A stretch of 64,000 nt of DNA. Origin: Candidatus Kaiserbacteria bacterium. GTDB lineage: Bacteria; Patescibacteriota; Minisyncoccia; Phycocordibacterales; UBA2100. Below are positions 10,059 to 19,818 of the stretch, piece after piece. The notes under the pieces are model-generated. The model had not been told where the DNA came from, ran no database searches, and was given only the letters and a program-made list of their open reading frames with translations. Both the position numbers and the translations under genes were made by a program. The stretch's first letter is position 1, and every line of letters begins with the position of its first letter. The DNA lies in assembly GCA_016214605.1 (NCBI GenBank), contig JACROD010000020.1, positions 30,158 to 94,157 on the forward strand, written 5' to 3'.

Positions 10059-10226
10059 ATGAAGAAGTTGAACCAGAATAAAAAAACAGATGAGGTATTT
10101 ATGTGTCCCGAATGTGGTCTCTCGTATCGTGAAGCCGAGTGGGCGCAGAAATGTGAAGCATGGTGCAAGCAATATAAGAGTTGCAACCTCGATATTATCC
10201 AGCATGCCATCAACAGTAAAAAATAA
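10059..10226 (+). CDS. 55-aa Cys-rich protein (CPECG...CEAWC...SCNLDI), absent from the ORF track
   Basis: Manual translation MKKLNQNKKTDEVFMCPECGLSYREAEWAQKCEAWCKQYKSCNLDIIQHAINSKK; fills the gap between copA and the next gene. Confidence 0.85.
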   Translation: MKKLNQNKKTDEVFMCPECGLSYREAEWAQKCEAWCKQYKSCNLDIIQHAINSKK

Positions 10227-10228
10227 AT

Positions 10229-11248
10229 ATGAAAACTTACACACTCCATGTCACCGGTATGCACTGTACCGCGTGCCCGATACTCATTGAAAGCGAATTA
10301 GACGATCTGTCCGAGGTGTCCCTAGCCAAAGCATCACTCAAACATCACAGTGTCGAAGTGACCGGAGACTTCGGCGACAAAGAGCCGGAGTATATTGCGC
10401 GAGACTTGAGCGAAGTGTTGAAACCCCACGGGTACTCGCTATCCGTCGAGAGACAGAGGCACGTCGCACAGTGGACCGACTTCAAGTTGGCGCTACCCAT
10501 AGCGCTTGCTTTTGCGGTCGGGTTTCTGCTCTTGCAAAAGGCGGGTCTTGTCAATCTGGTGAACACGGGGACGGTCTCGTATGGTACGGCATTCGCGGTC
10601 GGCATAGTCGCATCGCTCTCTACCTGTATGGCGGTGGTGGGCGGGCTGGTGCTCTCGATGTCTGCGACCTTTGCCAAAGAGGGGGACAAAGTAAAACCTC
10701 AACTCTTATTTCATGCCGGGCGGCTCGTATCCTTCTTCGTGCTTGGCGGCGTGATCGGAGCGATCGGGTCGGCATTTGCGCTCAACACAACAGCGACGTT
10801 TGTATTGAGTATGCTCATCGCGATTGTGATGCTTATACTCGGCATCAATCTGCTCGATGTGTTCCACTGGTCGAAGCGATTGCAGCCCTCAATGCCAAGA
10901 TTCTTGGCGCGGCACGCCTATGGCGCATCCAAACTCAACCACACACTCACACCGCTTCTTGTGGGTATCGCTACGTTCTTCCTGCCGTGCGGATTCACCC
11001 AGTCGATGCAGATATACACACTCTCGACGGGGAGCTTCCTCACGGGTGCCTTCACGATGGGATCATTTGCGCTCGGTACCTTGCCCGTGCTCGGTCTCAT
11101 CAGTTTCAGTTCGTTCAGTATCCACGATCGCGCATATGCCGGCGTCTTCTTCAAGACAGCGGGGCTCATCGTTATCTTGTTCGCCGTGGTCAATCTGATC
11201 AATAGTTTTGTTGTCATTGGCCTTGTCCCGCCATTATTCAGTTTCTAA
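10229..11248 (+). CDS. HMA domain fused to a DsbD_2/TauE-like membrane domain
   Basis: GMHCTAC; STCMAVVGG and FLPCGFTQ membrane motifs. Confidence 0.85.
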   Translation: MKTYTLHVTGMHCTACPILIESELDDLSEVSLAKASLKHHSVEVTGDFGDKEPEYIARDLSEVLKPHGYSLSVERQRHVAQWTDFKLALPIALAFAVGFLLLQKAGLVNLVNTGTVSYGTAFAVGIVASLSTCMAVVGGLVLSMSATFAKEGDKVKPQLLFHAGRLVSFFVLGGVIGAIGSAFALNTTATFVLSMLIAIVMLILGINLLDVFHWSKRLQPSMPRFLARHAYGASKLNHTLTPLLVGIATFFLPCGFTQSMQIYTLSTGSFLTGAFTMGSFALGTLPVLGLISFSSFSIHDRAYAGVFFKTAGLIVILFAVVNLINSFVVIGLVPPLFSF

Positions 11249-11259
11249 TCATCTTATCT

Positions 11260-11646
11260 ATGAAAGGAATTATATTGTCTATCATCGTCGCAGTAACCAT
11301 TATAGGGGGAGCATTCATAATGGCGACCCGTGGATCCCCATCGTCCGCGGATTCCGCACATAATGTCAGTATTGAAGACGGCAAGCAGATCATTGAAATA
11401 TCGGCGAAAGGCGGCTACTTTCCGAAAAAGAGTGTGGCGAAAGCAGGTATGCCGACTGTCTTGAGAGTCAAGACAAACGGCACGTTTGATTGCTCATCTT
11501 CGCTCCGTATTCCGAGTATGAACGTCAGCACGTTCCTCCCGCCATCCGGAACGACCGAGATTGATCTGGGTAGTCCCCAGGTAACGACCTTGCAGGGAAC
11601 ATGTGGGATGGGAATGTATTCATTTCAAGTTGAGTTTCAAAGTTAG
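11260..11646 (+). CDS. Membrane-anchored cupredoxin-domain protein
   Basis: N-terminal TM, GGYFP, FDCSS and GTCGMGMY motifs. Confidence 0.85.
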   Translation: MKGIILSIIVAVTIIGGAFIMATRGSPSSADSAHNVSIEDGKQIIEISAKGGYFPKKSVAKAGMPTVLRVKTNGTFDCSSSLRIPSMNVSTFLPPSGTTEIDLGSPQVTTLQGTCGMGMYSFQVEFQS

Positions 11647-11673
11647 AGAATATGCTGTATTGTTTCGTCAAGT

Positions 11674-12165
11674 ATGTCCGGCATAAAGAAACTTCTTGAA
11701 GAAAAGAATATTCATCTCCTATTCGAGATAAGCCTCATCGGCAAGGGTATTATCGCGCTGTTTGAAATTATCGGCGGTATTTTGGTGTACTTTATAAGCC
11801 AACAGTTTTTACTCGAGCTCGTTCTGGCGATCACACAAGATGAACTCACGGAAGATCCGCGAGACTTCATCTCATACAACCTTCTCCATTCCGCACAAAG
11901 TCTCTCTATTGGTTCACAGCACTTTCTCGCCTTCTTCTTGTTGAGTCACGGAGTCATTAAAATGTTTCTTATAACAGGGCTTATCAGGGAAAAGCTGTCA
12001 TATTACCCCTCGGGTATGATCGTCTTTCTGCTTTTTATCCTCTATCAGTTGTATAGATTCAATTTCACACATTCTTTCTGGTTATTATTGATAACCGCAA
12101 TGGATGTTTTGATAATAGGACTCATTTGGCACGAATACAACTATTTACGGAAAAAACGCAACTAA
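11674..12165 (+). CDS. DUF2127-like membrane protein
   Basis: KG..ALFEIIGG, QDELTEDPRD, LLSHGVIK and WHEY pattern. Confidence 0.75.
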   Translation: MSGIKKLLEEKNIHLLFEISLIGKGIIALFEIIGGILVYFISQQFLLELVLAITQDELTEDPRDFISYNLLHSAQSLSIGSQHFLAFFLLSHGVIKMFLITGLIREKLSYYPSGMIVFLLFILYQLYRFNFTHSFWLLLITAMDVLIIGLIWHEYNYLRKKRN

Positions 12166-12226
12166 CCGGTGTTTCAGCACCATTCGTTGGTCTGGATTCA
12201 TCAGCGTGTAGTGCTATACTCTATTC

Positions 12227-12343
12227 AGCGGCTGGTACAACACCTCTTGGATAACGAAACGGGATGCTAATTTTGCTTCATGCATTGCGCTTGATGGCTT
12301 AGGCGACCCACCTGGATTTCCCAGGTTCGTCGTACCCGCCGCT
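12227..12343 (+). ncRNA. Candidate compact 6S RNA
   Basis: TGcTATACT promoter 12212-12220; 5' and 3' ends pair; internal bubble with gacccacctg...caggttc; terminator at 12352-12382. Confidence 0.55.
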
Positions 12344-12406
12344 TCGAAAGGACTCCGCGATTTTTATATCGGGGAGTTTTTTCATTGGAGATGTTAGAAT
12401 ACTTTA

Positions 12407-13846
12407 ATGAAAGACCACTCAGGCAAAGCATCAGTGACATTTTATGGGGGAGCGGGCACCGTGACCGGTGCCAATTTCTTGCTTGACGCCGGTGACCCCG
12501 CAAATGGACGCGGGGCAGGTGTGAAGATACTCTTTGATTGCGGTGCGCTTGAGCGCGAACATGTCTGCGATACCAGCAATGGCATGCCTTTTGCATATGA
12601 TCTGCGATCGATCGACACACTCATCGTGACCCACGCGCATGCCGATCATATCGGCCGGATACCCAAGCTCGTACATGACGGCTTCAAGGGTACGATCTAC
12701 TCGACCGCCGCCACCAAAGACCTCGCCGAGCTCATGTTTGAGGATGCGATCAAAGTAATGGAAATGGACGTAGAGCGCCACGGATGCGAGATGATCTATC
12801 AAAAAGAGGATGTAGTGGCGGCGCTCACGCTCTGGCGCACGCAGGATTACCACGATCCTTTTGAAGTAGGGTCCGCGACGATCGAATTTTTTGACGCAGG
12901 GCATATCCTGGGCGCGGCGATGGTGAAAGTTACCCATGCGATGGAAGGTCAGACCTTCCATGGAAGGTCTGACCTTCCATCATCGCGTTCCATCCTTTTC
13001 ACCGGTGATCTGGGGAATTCTCCCGAGCCTCTTTTGAACGACACCGAAGCTCCCGCAGGAGTGAATTATGTAGTGATGGAGAGTGTGTATGGAGATCGCC
13101 TACACGAGGGTCGCGATGATCGCACCGATATACTGCGCCGCGCAATCGAGGATACGCGTATGCGCAACGGCGTGCTCTTGATCCCGTCTTTTTCGATCGA
13201 GCGTACGCAGATACTGCTCTACGAGATCGAAAAGATGATCGAAGACGGCGCCATGGAGCCGATCCGCGTGTATCTCGATGCGCCGCTCGCGATCAAGATC
13301 ACCGAGGTATTTCGCCGCCACAAAGATCTCTTGAATGCGCAGGTGCGCGCGCGCTTTGAAGCTGGCAATGACCCCTTCACCTTTGGCGGGCTCAAGCTTA
13401 CGGCCGATGCGTCCGAATCACACGAGATCCACAATGCGCCAAATCCCAAGGTCATCATCGCCGGTGCGGGGATGTCGGCCGGCGGGCGTATACGCTCACA
13501 CGAGAAACAGTATTTGCCCGACGAGAAGGCGACGGTGCTTTTCGTCGGCTACCAGGCACCAGGATCGCTTGGTCGGCAGATCGCCGATGGTAATAAACAT
13601 GTCACTATAGACGGCGAAAAGATCCGTGTGCGTGCGCAGATCGCCACACTCACTGGGTATTCCGGTCATCGCGACCGCGACGGGCTTATGGAATTCGTCG
13701 AGCAATTGGGTGATTCATTGGAGCGCGTGTTTGTCGTGATGGGGGAGCCAAAATCCGAGATGTTTCTTTCCCAGCGCATCCGCGATTTCCTCGGTGTCGA
13801 AGCAATAGCACCCGAGCAAGGTCAAAAGATCGAGATCGATTGGTAA
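12407..13846 (+). CDS. MBL-fold beta-CASP ribonuclease
   Basis: GGAGTVTGANF, THAHADHIG, AGHILG, MESVYG, GYSGHRD motifs. Confidence 0.92.
   Translation: MKDHSGKASVTFYGGAGTVTGANFLLDAGDPANGRGAGVKILFDCGALEREHVCDTSNGMPFAYDLRSIDTLIVTHAHADHIGRIPKLVHDGFKGTIYSTAATKDLAELMFEDAIKVMEMDVERHGCEMIYQKEDVVAALTLWRTQDYHDPFEVGSATIEFFDAGHILGAAMVKVTHAMEGQTFHGRSDLPSSRSILFTGDLGNSPEPLLNDTEAPAGVNYVVMESVYGDRLHEGRDDRTDILRRAIEDTRMRNGVLLIPSFSIERTQILLYEIEKMIEDGAMEPIRVYLDAPLAIKITEVFRRHKDLLNAQVRARFEAGNDPFTFGGLKLTADASESHEIHNAPNPKVIIAGAGMSAGGRIRSHEKQYLPDEKATVLFVGYQAPGSLGRQIADGNKHVTIDGEKIRVRAQIATLTGYSGHRDRDGLMEFVEQLGDSLERVFVVMGEPKSEMFLSQRIRDFLGVEAIAPEQGQKIEIDW
12941..12980. repeat. Perfect 40-bp REP-like palindrome inside the beta-CASP CDS
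   Basis: atggaaggtcagaccttccatggaaggtctgaccttccat is its own reverse complement and each half is also a hairpin. Confidence 0.9.
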
Positions 13847-13931
13847 GTTATCCCCACCACAAAAAACACATCCCACCCCCCCCATGACACAATAATCCTG
13901 TACCAGGGTCACTCTCATTAATCTCCCCATC

Positions 13932-16900
13932 ATGCCTATCCCACGAAAACGCATAATGTTTGCGATCCCGCTCCTCATCTTCACAGTTGGCGTACAGCTT
14001 TCAGCCACTTTCTATGCGAGTGCACAATCAACACCATCCGCCGCCTGCCCATCCGCTCCACCTACGTGTGCTGCAGGTCAAACTCTCTATTATGTCCCAG
14101 ACGGTAGCACATGCACCAACGCGCAGATGAAATGCCGTGGAGCGGCCGGCACTGTTCCCGCAAGTTCCGCAGGCAACTCTTCGTCCCTTTCCCGCGGTTC
14201 TCGCGGTGCATCCGTCCTTGCATTCCAACAATCACTCATTACCGCAGGCTTCCTCGAAGCCGGCAACGCCACCGGCTTCTTTGGCGCACTCACCGAAGCG
14301 GCGGTCAAGCAATTCCAGAATGCACGCGGTATTGTCTCAAGCGGATCACCCGCAACAACAGGATACGGAGCCATTGGCCCCAAGACACGCCGCGCGCTTG
14401 AAAGCATCGCATCCGCAATTCCTCCCGATATGGATTCGACAAGCTCACCGCAAGCCGAGACGAATCCCGCAACCACCCAGTCACCGGTCGAACAACTCCT
14501 CGCCCAAGTAGCACAGCTACAAAAAAAGATCGCCGCATTTGGCGGCACGCCCGTCTCAATTCCTGCGACACCTTCCACACAGACTTCCGAGATCACCCGC
14601 ACTCTCGCTATCGGCTCCCGTGGTGACGACGTTACTTCTCTCCAGCAATTCCTCATCGCGCAAAACCTCCTTTCCACAGACAGCGCCACCGGCTTTTTCG
14701 GCAAAGCTACCGAAGCTGCGGTCAAGAAGCTGCAAGCGCAGCACAACCTGGAACAAGTCGGACATGTGGGTCGACTAACCAGAGCAGTCATCAATGAGGT
14801 GCGTCGTCCGGCGACACCACCGCCCGACACCACACCATCGCCGAATGAAGGGGGGACGCCAGCGCCATTTGGTGGAGGAGGCGGAGCACCCGCACCCGTA
14901 CCCGTACCCGCAAGCGGTGGCGGAGGTGGCGGGGGAGGAGGATCCTCTGGTGGAGGAGGATCTTCCGCCCCTGTCTCTTCAAGTGGCGGGTTTTCCGGCG
15001 GCAGTGCGGCATTTCCGCCACCTGAGTCAGTGCCAACATCAGATAGTACGATTCCTTCGAATACTACCGATACATCGATACTGGTCTCCGCTCCCGCACT
15101 GGCGCTCACTGCTTCAGCAGGTCCTCTTTCCATCAAGATCATCTCGCCTGATATCAGCACTACTCCCGCAGTGGCTGGCGTCGTCAATCTCGCGGCGACC
15201 GCAAGCAGCACGAGCAGCATCACCGGCGTGCAATTCAAGCTCGACGGTGTGAACCTCGGTCCCAAAGATACGATCCCTCCCTATACCGCAACAGCCACCG
15301 CAAGCGATACCGCGGGGAATGTCGCTTCGACGACGATTAATCTCCTAGGGCGAAGCACTTCATACCTGAGCGTCACACCTGCTCCCGGTACTTACAAAAG
15401 CTCGCCGCAAACTATTTATCTCTCCGCAAGCACCACGATCCGCTATCGCCGTGATGGAATCGTTCCTACCTGTGCGTCCGGCAACTTATATTCAGGTGGA
15501 ATAAATATCGCCACCTCCACCATCATCCGCGCCATCGCCTGCAAGGGCACCAAGGCGGCGTCCCCGGTGACTTCTTTCACTTATGACATCATCAATGCGT
15601 CTCTATACTACACAGCATACGGCGGCAGAATCGTCGTACCACAGCCAGGAGCCGCTACCTCGACCATCCTCAAGCCGGTTATTGCCGATCTTCAAAATTA
15701 CCTCAAACAGATGACCGGCACGGACTTCTACCTCGGTCAGTACGCCACTGCTCCCGGCATCAATCTCATCCTTACGAGTTCTCCCTCTGCTCCTGCTGAT
15801 ACTGTGGCACAGCTCAACGGCAAAGGACCCGAAGCTTTCCTCATTCGCGGCAATGCCACACGGCTCCAGATCATCGCCAACGACGAGCACGGTCTCTCGC
15901 ACGGCGTGTACTACTATCTCGAACAGCTCGGTGTACGTTGGCTCATGTCGGGTAGCAATTGGACGATCGTGCCGAAAAAGGGCAACGTCACGCTCACGAT
16001 CGATAAGCTCGTAGAGCCGGCGTTCTTTACGCGGTCGTATGCGGGTACAGGTGGTTTTGCCACGTATCGCGGGTGGGGCTATAACTGGGGCAACGCGGAT
16101 GATGGGACGAGGGTCTTTGTCAAAGATACCGCCGATTGGCAACGGCGTATGAGGTATGGCGGTCAATCGCTCGGGCATGCCACCGGCGAAGCATTTATCA
16201 CAGCAAATGTGAGCACCCTGAAAGCACACCCTGAGTATCTGGCAAAGATAGATGGTGCGTATTCTCCACTCTTCAGGACGCCATTCGCCGGGCCAGGGAA
16301 AGGTGCATACGTATGGGATGCGGCTACGCATGACTACATCAAGGCGGTGCCGGCATACACTGGTACACATGATCTCAACATCATCGCCAAGCTCAACGCC
16401 GGTAATCCTGATGTGGTCAATCTCTTTTGCAACTATATTCTGAAAGCATTTCGGACTACACGCTCTTTGCCGGGAGGCTCTTTCTATCAGACGGTGAGCG
16501 TGGAGCCATCAGACGGTGGCGGAGAAGGCAACAACTACGCCGAACTGCAAGCACAAGGAGTAGGTGATGGTTCGGAGGCCGATCAGGAATTCTTCATCGG
16601 CAACAAGTGTGCACGCATGGTGCGCGCAGAATTTCCCGATACATCGGTCATCATGCTTGCGTATGTGGCACGCGCAGATCCTCCGAGCTTCCCGCTCGAG
16701 CCCAACTTCATCATCCAACCGGCACTTGCATTCCGTGGCGGCAAGAAAACTGCGGATTTGAGCACTGAAGAGTGGATCGCGTTATGGAAGACGAAAGCCC
16801 CGAGGATGGGAGTATACGACTACTGGTCGATTCCCGACTGGACGCATGAAGAGCCGACGTTCGATTACCTCCACATAGCGGACAAGCTACGCCACTACTA

Positions 16901-18230
16901 TACCAACAACATCAAGGGCATAAATGCCGAATCCAGTTATGGTATGGGCGCTATGGGCATCGGCCACTACCTTGCCCAGCACCTCATGTGGGACATCAAT
17001 CTCGACGACAAGGCGCTTATCGACGAATGGTACACGCTCGCCTTCGGTCCCGCCAAGGCGCCTATGAAGCGGATGCTGGAGCGTTGGTCCACAAGCTACA
17101 TGCCTATCTCCTCGGAGCTTAGTGCTTCGTATCAAGATATCAACGAAGCAGAGCGGCTTGCGGTCAGTAATCCTGCCGTCCAAGCGCGCATCGATGATTA
17201 TGCGGGATATGTTCAGTATCTGCGCCTGCGCGATGAGCTTCTCAATGCGACCGATACGGCAGTGAAGACACAAAAAGCGATGTTGCTCGCCGAACACATC
17301 TTCGATATCAGCGATTCTCATATGGTGCAGACGATGCGAATCTTTGATAGAGATGTTGCCCCAGTGGACCCATCTGTTCTTGTCGCATTCGATTTCAGCG
17401 ATCCTCTGCATCCGGGCCCCGGCTGGGCGCGTGTCCACAAACTCTCGCATGCCGAAATCCTCGCACTCATTTCCGACGGCATAAGCAAGTATCCCGCGCC
17501 GGATTTCACGATCAAGAAATATACCGGAAATCTCGTGCCGCTCCAGACGATCTCGTGGCAGACGCCGACTACGACCGATAAGTGGGGGCCACACATGTTT
17601 ACCGCTGGGGATGCGGATGTAACACTTGAAATTCCGAGCGGACTCTCGAATCTCCCTCTGCGCATATCGCGATTTGTGAACAATCGCATCACGATCACCA
17701 ATACGGCAGGAAATACCGTTTACAATCGTGTGGTAACCGCATTGGCCACCAGCTCGTATGGCAATATTATCAATCCGACATGGGAGGAGCTCAGCATTCC
17801 GCTTGCCCCGGGCCGTTACAAGATCAGCTTCCATGCAACAGGCGCCAGAGTCGGCACGTTCAAATTCCAGACTTGGAAGGAGGTGCCGATCACAATGCAG
17901 AGCTTCCTTATGCCGAGTGTGGTGGGCCAGGCCACCAAACTCTACTTCTACGTTCCAAAAGGTCAGCAAAAGGTCGTCTTCTATCTTCCCCAAGGTGCTG
18001 CCGCTGGCGCCTCCGCACCGAAGTTCTACGATTCGACCGGCGCGCTCATCGCCTCCGAGCGTCGTGATGCAGGCAAGGTTCAGGTCGCGAATGTACCTGT
18101 CGGCCAGGACGGCAAAGTATGGATGGTGGCAAACCTGTACTCGCCAAACTTCCTCTTCGAGACATTCACCGTGCCACAGGCATTCTCCCTCGAACCGCAA
18201 GTCCTCATGGTGCCGAGTGATGCGCTGTAG
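13932..18230 (+). CDS. Large secreted protein: two peptidoglycan-binding domains, Pro/Gly linker, Ig-like domains, DUF4838-like C-terminal domain
   Basis: Signal peptide; LSRGSRG..V..FQ..L...TGFFG..TEAAVK twice; LSHGVYYYLEQLGVRWL, YYT.AFGPA-type patterns. Confidence 0.78.
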   Translation: MPIPRKRIMFAIPLLIFTVGVQLSATFYASAQSTPSAACPSAPPTCAAGQTLYYVPDGSTCTNAQMKCRGAAGTVPASSAGNSSSLSRGSRGASVLAFQQSLITAGFLEAGNATGFFGALTEAAVKQFQNARGIVSSGSPATTGYGAIGPKTRRALESIASAIPPDMDSTSSPQAETNPATTQSPVEQLLAQVAQLQKKIAAFGGTPVSIPATPSTQTSEITRTLAIGSRGDDVTSLQQFLIAQNLLSTDSATGFFGKATEAAVKKLQAQHNLEQVGHVGRLTRAVINEVRRPATPPPDTTPSPNEGGTPAPFGGGGGAPAPVPVPASGGGGGGGGGSSGGGGSSAPVSSSGGFSGGSAAFPPPESVPTSDSTIPSNTTDTSILVSAPALALTASAGPLSIKIISPDISTTPAVAGVVNLAATASSTSSITGVQFKLDGVNLGPKDTIPPYTATATASDTAGNVASTTINLLGRSTSYLSVTPAPGTYKSSPQTIYLSASTTIRYRRDGIVPTCASGNLYSGGINIATSTIIRAIACKGTKAASPVTSFTYDIINASLYYTAYGGRIVVPQPGAATSTILKPVIADLQNYLKQMTGTDFYLGQYATAPGINLILTSSPSAPADTVAQLNGKGPEAFLIRGNATRLQIIANDEHGLSHGVYYYLEQLGVRWLMSGSNWTIVPKKGNVTLTIDKLVEPAFFTRSYAGTGGFATYRGWGYNWGNADDGTRVFVKDTADWQRRMRYGGQSLGHATGEAFITANVSTLKAHPEYLAKIDGAYSPLFRTPFAGPGKGAYVWDAATHDYIKAVPAYTGTHDLNIIAKLNAGNPDVVNLFCNYILKAFRTTRSLPGGSFYQTVSVEPSDGGGEGNNYAELQAQGVGDGSEADQEFFIGNKCARMVRAEFPDTSVIMLAYVARADPPSFPLEPNFIIQPALAFRGGKKTADLSTEEWIALWKTKAPRMGVYDYWSIPDWTHEEPTFDYLHIADKLRHYYTNNIKGINAESSYGMGAMGIGHYLAQHLMWDINLDDKALIDEWYTLAFGPAKAPMKRMLERWSTSYMPISSELSASYQDINEAERLAVSNPAVQARIDDYAGYVQYLRLRDELLNATDTAVKTQKAMLLAEHIFDISDSHMVQTMRIFDRDVAPVDPSVLVAFDFSDPLHPGPGWARVHKLSHAEILALISDGISKYPAPDFTIKKYTGNLVPLQTISWQTPTTTDKWGPHMFTAGDADVTLEIPSGLSNLPLRISRFVNNRITITNTAGNTVYNRVVTALATSSYGNIINPTWEELSIPLAPGRYKISFHATGARVGTFKFQTWKEVPITMQSFLMPSVVGQATKLYFYVPKGQQKVVFYLPQGAAAGASAPKFYDSTGALIASERRDAGKVQVANVPVGQDGKVWMVANLYSPNFLFETFTVPQAFSLEPQVLMVPSDAL

Positions 18231-18292
18231 CCGCCACTTCATTACCAATGACTACAAAGAAAGGTGTGTTTTTGAGGTGATATAATAACATC

Positions 18293-18976
18293 ATGGCAAA
18301 ACGTAATGCGAATCCGAATCATAGTGCCCCGCCCAAGAAACTCTGCCGCGTCCCCGACGGATACGGCATCATCAAGATCGGTGTATCCGGGTCGGCGGAT
18401 CTGGCACACCTCGGTCTCGATGTGTTTGAGCGCGCCAAGGAAGTCGGCCGCGAAATTGCGCGCCAAGGTGCGATCATCACGACTGGTGCTACCACTGGCT
18501 TCCCGATGTTTAGCGCACAGGGTGCCAAGGATGAATGCGGCCTCTCCATAGGATTCTCTCCCGCCGCGACCGAGGACGAGCATGTGGGCACCTACAAGCT
18601 CCCACTCGATTTCATGGATGTGATCGTCTATACCGGATTTGGATATTCGGGGCGCGATCTGCTCTTCGTCCGCTCCTCGGATGCGATGATCATCGGCCCA
18701 GGCCGCATTGGCACCTTGAATGAATTTTCTGTAGCATTTGAAGACCAAAAGCCGATGGGCATTCTCGAGGGCAATTGGGATACCGACGAGCTCCTCAAGC
18801 TCGTGATCGATGCTGCACACCGCCCCAATGCCAACATCATCTTTGATTCCGACGCCAAGGCACTCGTGGAGCGCCTGATCGAAATGGTCAACAAACGCAA
18901 GTCAATAGGCGTCCCGGTCTACAACAGTCACGACGGATGGTCGGCGACAGGCAAGAACGCCGAGGTGATCTTGTAA
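18293..18976 (+). CDS. LOG/SLOG family Rossmann-fold nucleotide-binding protein
   Basis: IGVSGS, TGATTG, GRDLLFVRSSDA and GRIGTLNEF motifs. Confidence 0.8.
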   Translation: MAKRNANPNHSAPPKKLCRVPDGYGIIKIGVSGSADLAHLGLDVFERAKEVGREIARQGAIITTGATTGFPMFSAQGAKDECGLSIGFSPAATEDEHVGTYKLPLDFMDVIVYTGFGYSGRDLLFVRSSDAMIIGPGRIGTLNEFSVAFEDQKPMGILEGNWDTDELLKLVIDAAHRPNANIIFDSDAKALVERLIEMVNKRKSIGVPVYNSHDGWSATGKNAEVIL

Positions 18977-19005
18977 AACACAGTAAATTTTGCGTAAAAA
19001 CAAAT

Positions 19006-19041
19006 GCGCCATATAATTCACGGCCGTGAATTATATGGCGC
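19006..19041. repeat. Perfect 36-bp intergenic palindrome
   Basis: gcgccatataattcacgg|ccgtgaattatatggcgc. Confidence 0.9.
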
Positions 19042-19118
19042 GGGTGATTTTATAGAATCCCTAGCGGGAACCCCCCCATATGATTTGCAATAAATGCGGT
19101 TATGCTACAATTGCACAT

Positions 19119-19322
19119 ATGAAGGTAAACGCTGACCTTACCAAGATCCTCACCAAGGAACATGAAGAAAAGTGGGTCGCCCTGACGAAGAATCACGACA
19201 AACTCGTTGATTGCGCAAGTAATCTCAAGATCCTCAGGGACCGCCTAGGTGAGCACAGGAATGATTATGTGTACATGAGGGTATTGCGTTCGGATATGGA
19301 ATACAGTTTTTCCTTTACATGA
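19119..19322 (+). CDS. Small DUF5678-like protein
   Basis: EEKWVAL motif; stop overlaps the start of the aspartyl protease gene. Confidence 0.6.
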   Translation: MKVNADLTKILTKEHEEKWVALTKNHDKLVDCASNLKILRDRLGEHRNDYVYMRVLRSDMEYSFSFT

Positions 19323-19741
19323 CACGGCCCAAGTGGAAAGCATACGACTACAAGATTCAGGCTGGACCCGGCATGAGCTGGGTTCATCGACCAATGATCA
19401 ATATTGAGGTTTGGACGCTCGATGGGCGTGACATGGTGCCGATTTTGGCAATGATCGACTCTGGTACTGATGGAACGGTATTTCACGCTAATATCGCGGA
19501 GTCACTCGGGATCGATGAGTCAATGGGAAGAAAAGGAATACTTGGTGGCATCGGTTCGCTCGACGGTTTTTATACAGAAGTAAAGATCGTTGTCCCGGAT
19601 TTTAATATCTCGTATAAAGCCCCGGTGTTCTTTGGGAAGAATCTCCCTATGGATGGATTGTTGGGGCAGGCTACTTTCTTTCCACAATTCAAGATCAGGT
19701 TTGAAAAAGCTGAAAACAAATTTTATCTCGCGGTCTCGTAG
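19319..19741 (+). CDS. Retropepsin-like aspartyl protease
   Basis: MIDSGTD catalytic motif, GGIG flap, GLLGQ..FF. Confidence 0.8.
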   Translation: MTRPKWKAYDYKIQAGPGMSWVHRPMINIEVWTLDGRDMVPILAMIDSGTDGTVFHANIAESLGIDESMGRKGILGGIGSLDGFYTEVKIVVPDFNISYKAPVFFGKNLPMDGLLGQATFFPQFKIRFEKAENKFYLAVS

Positions 19742-19818
19742 TTTGTGGATCTAAAAAAGCTTCAAGTGGGATTTTTTCATTCACGTAAAAGCCATGGGCG
19801 AGCGATTAGAGTGACCTC

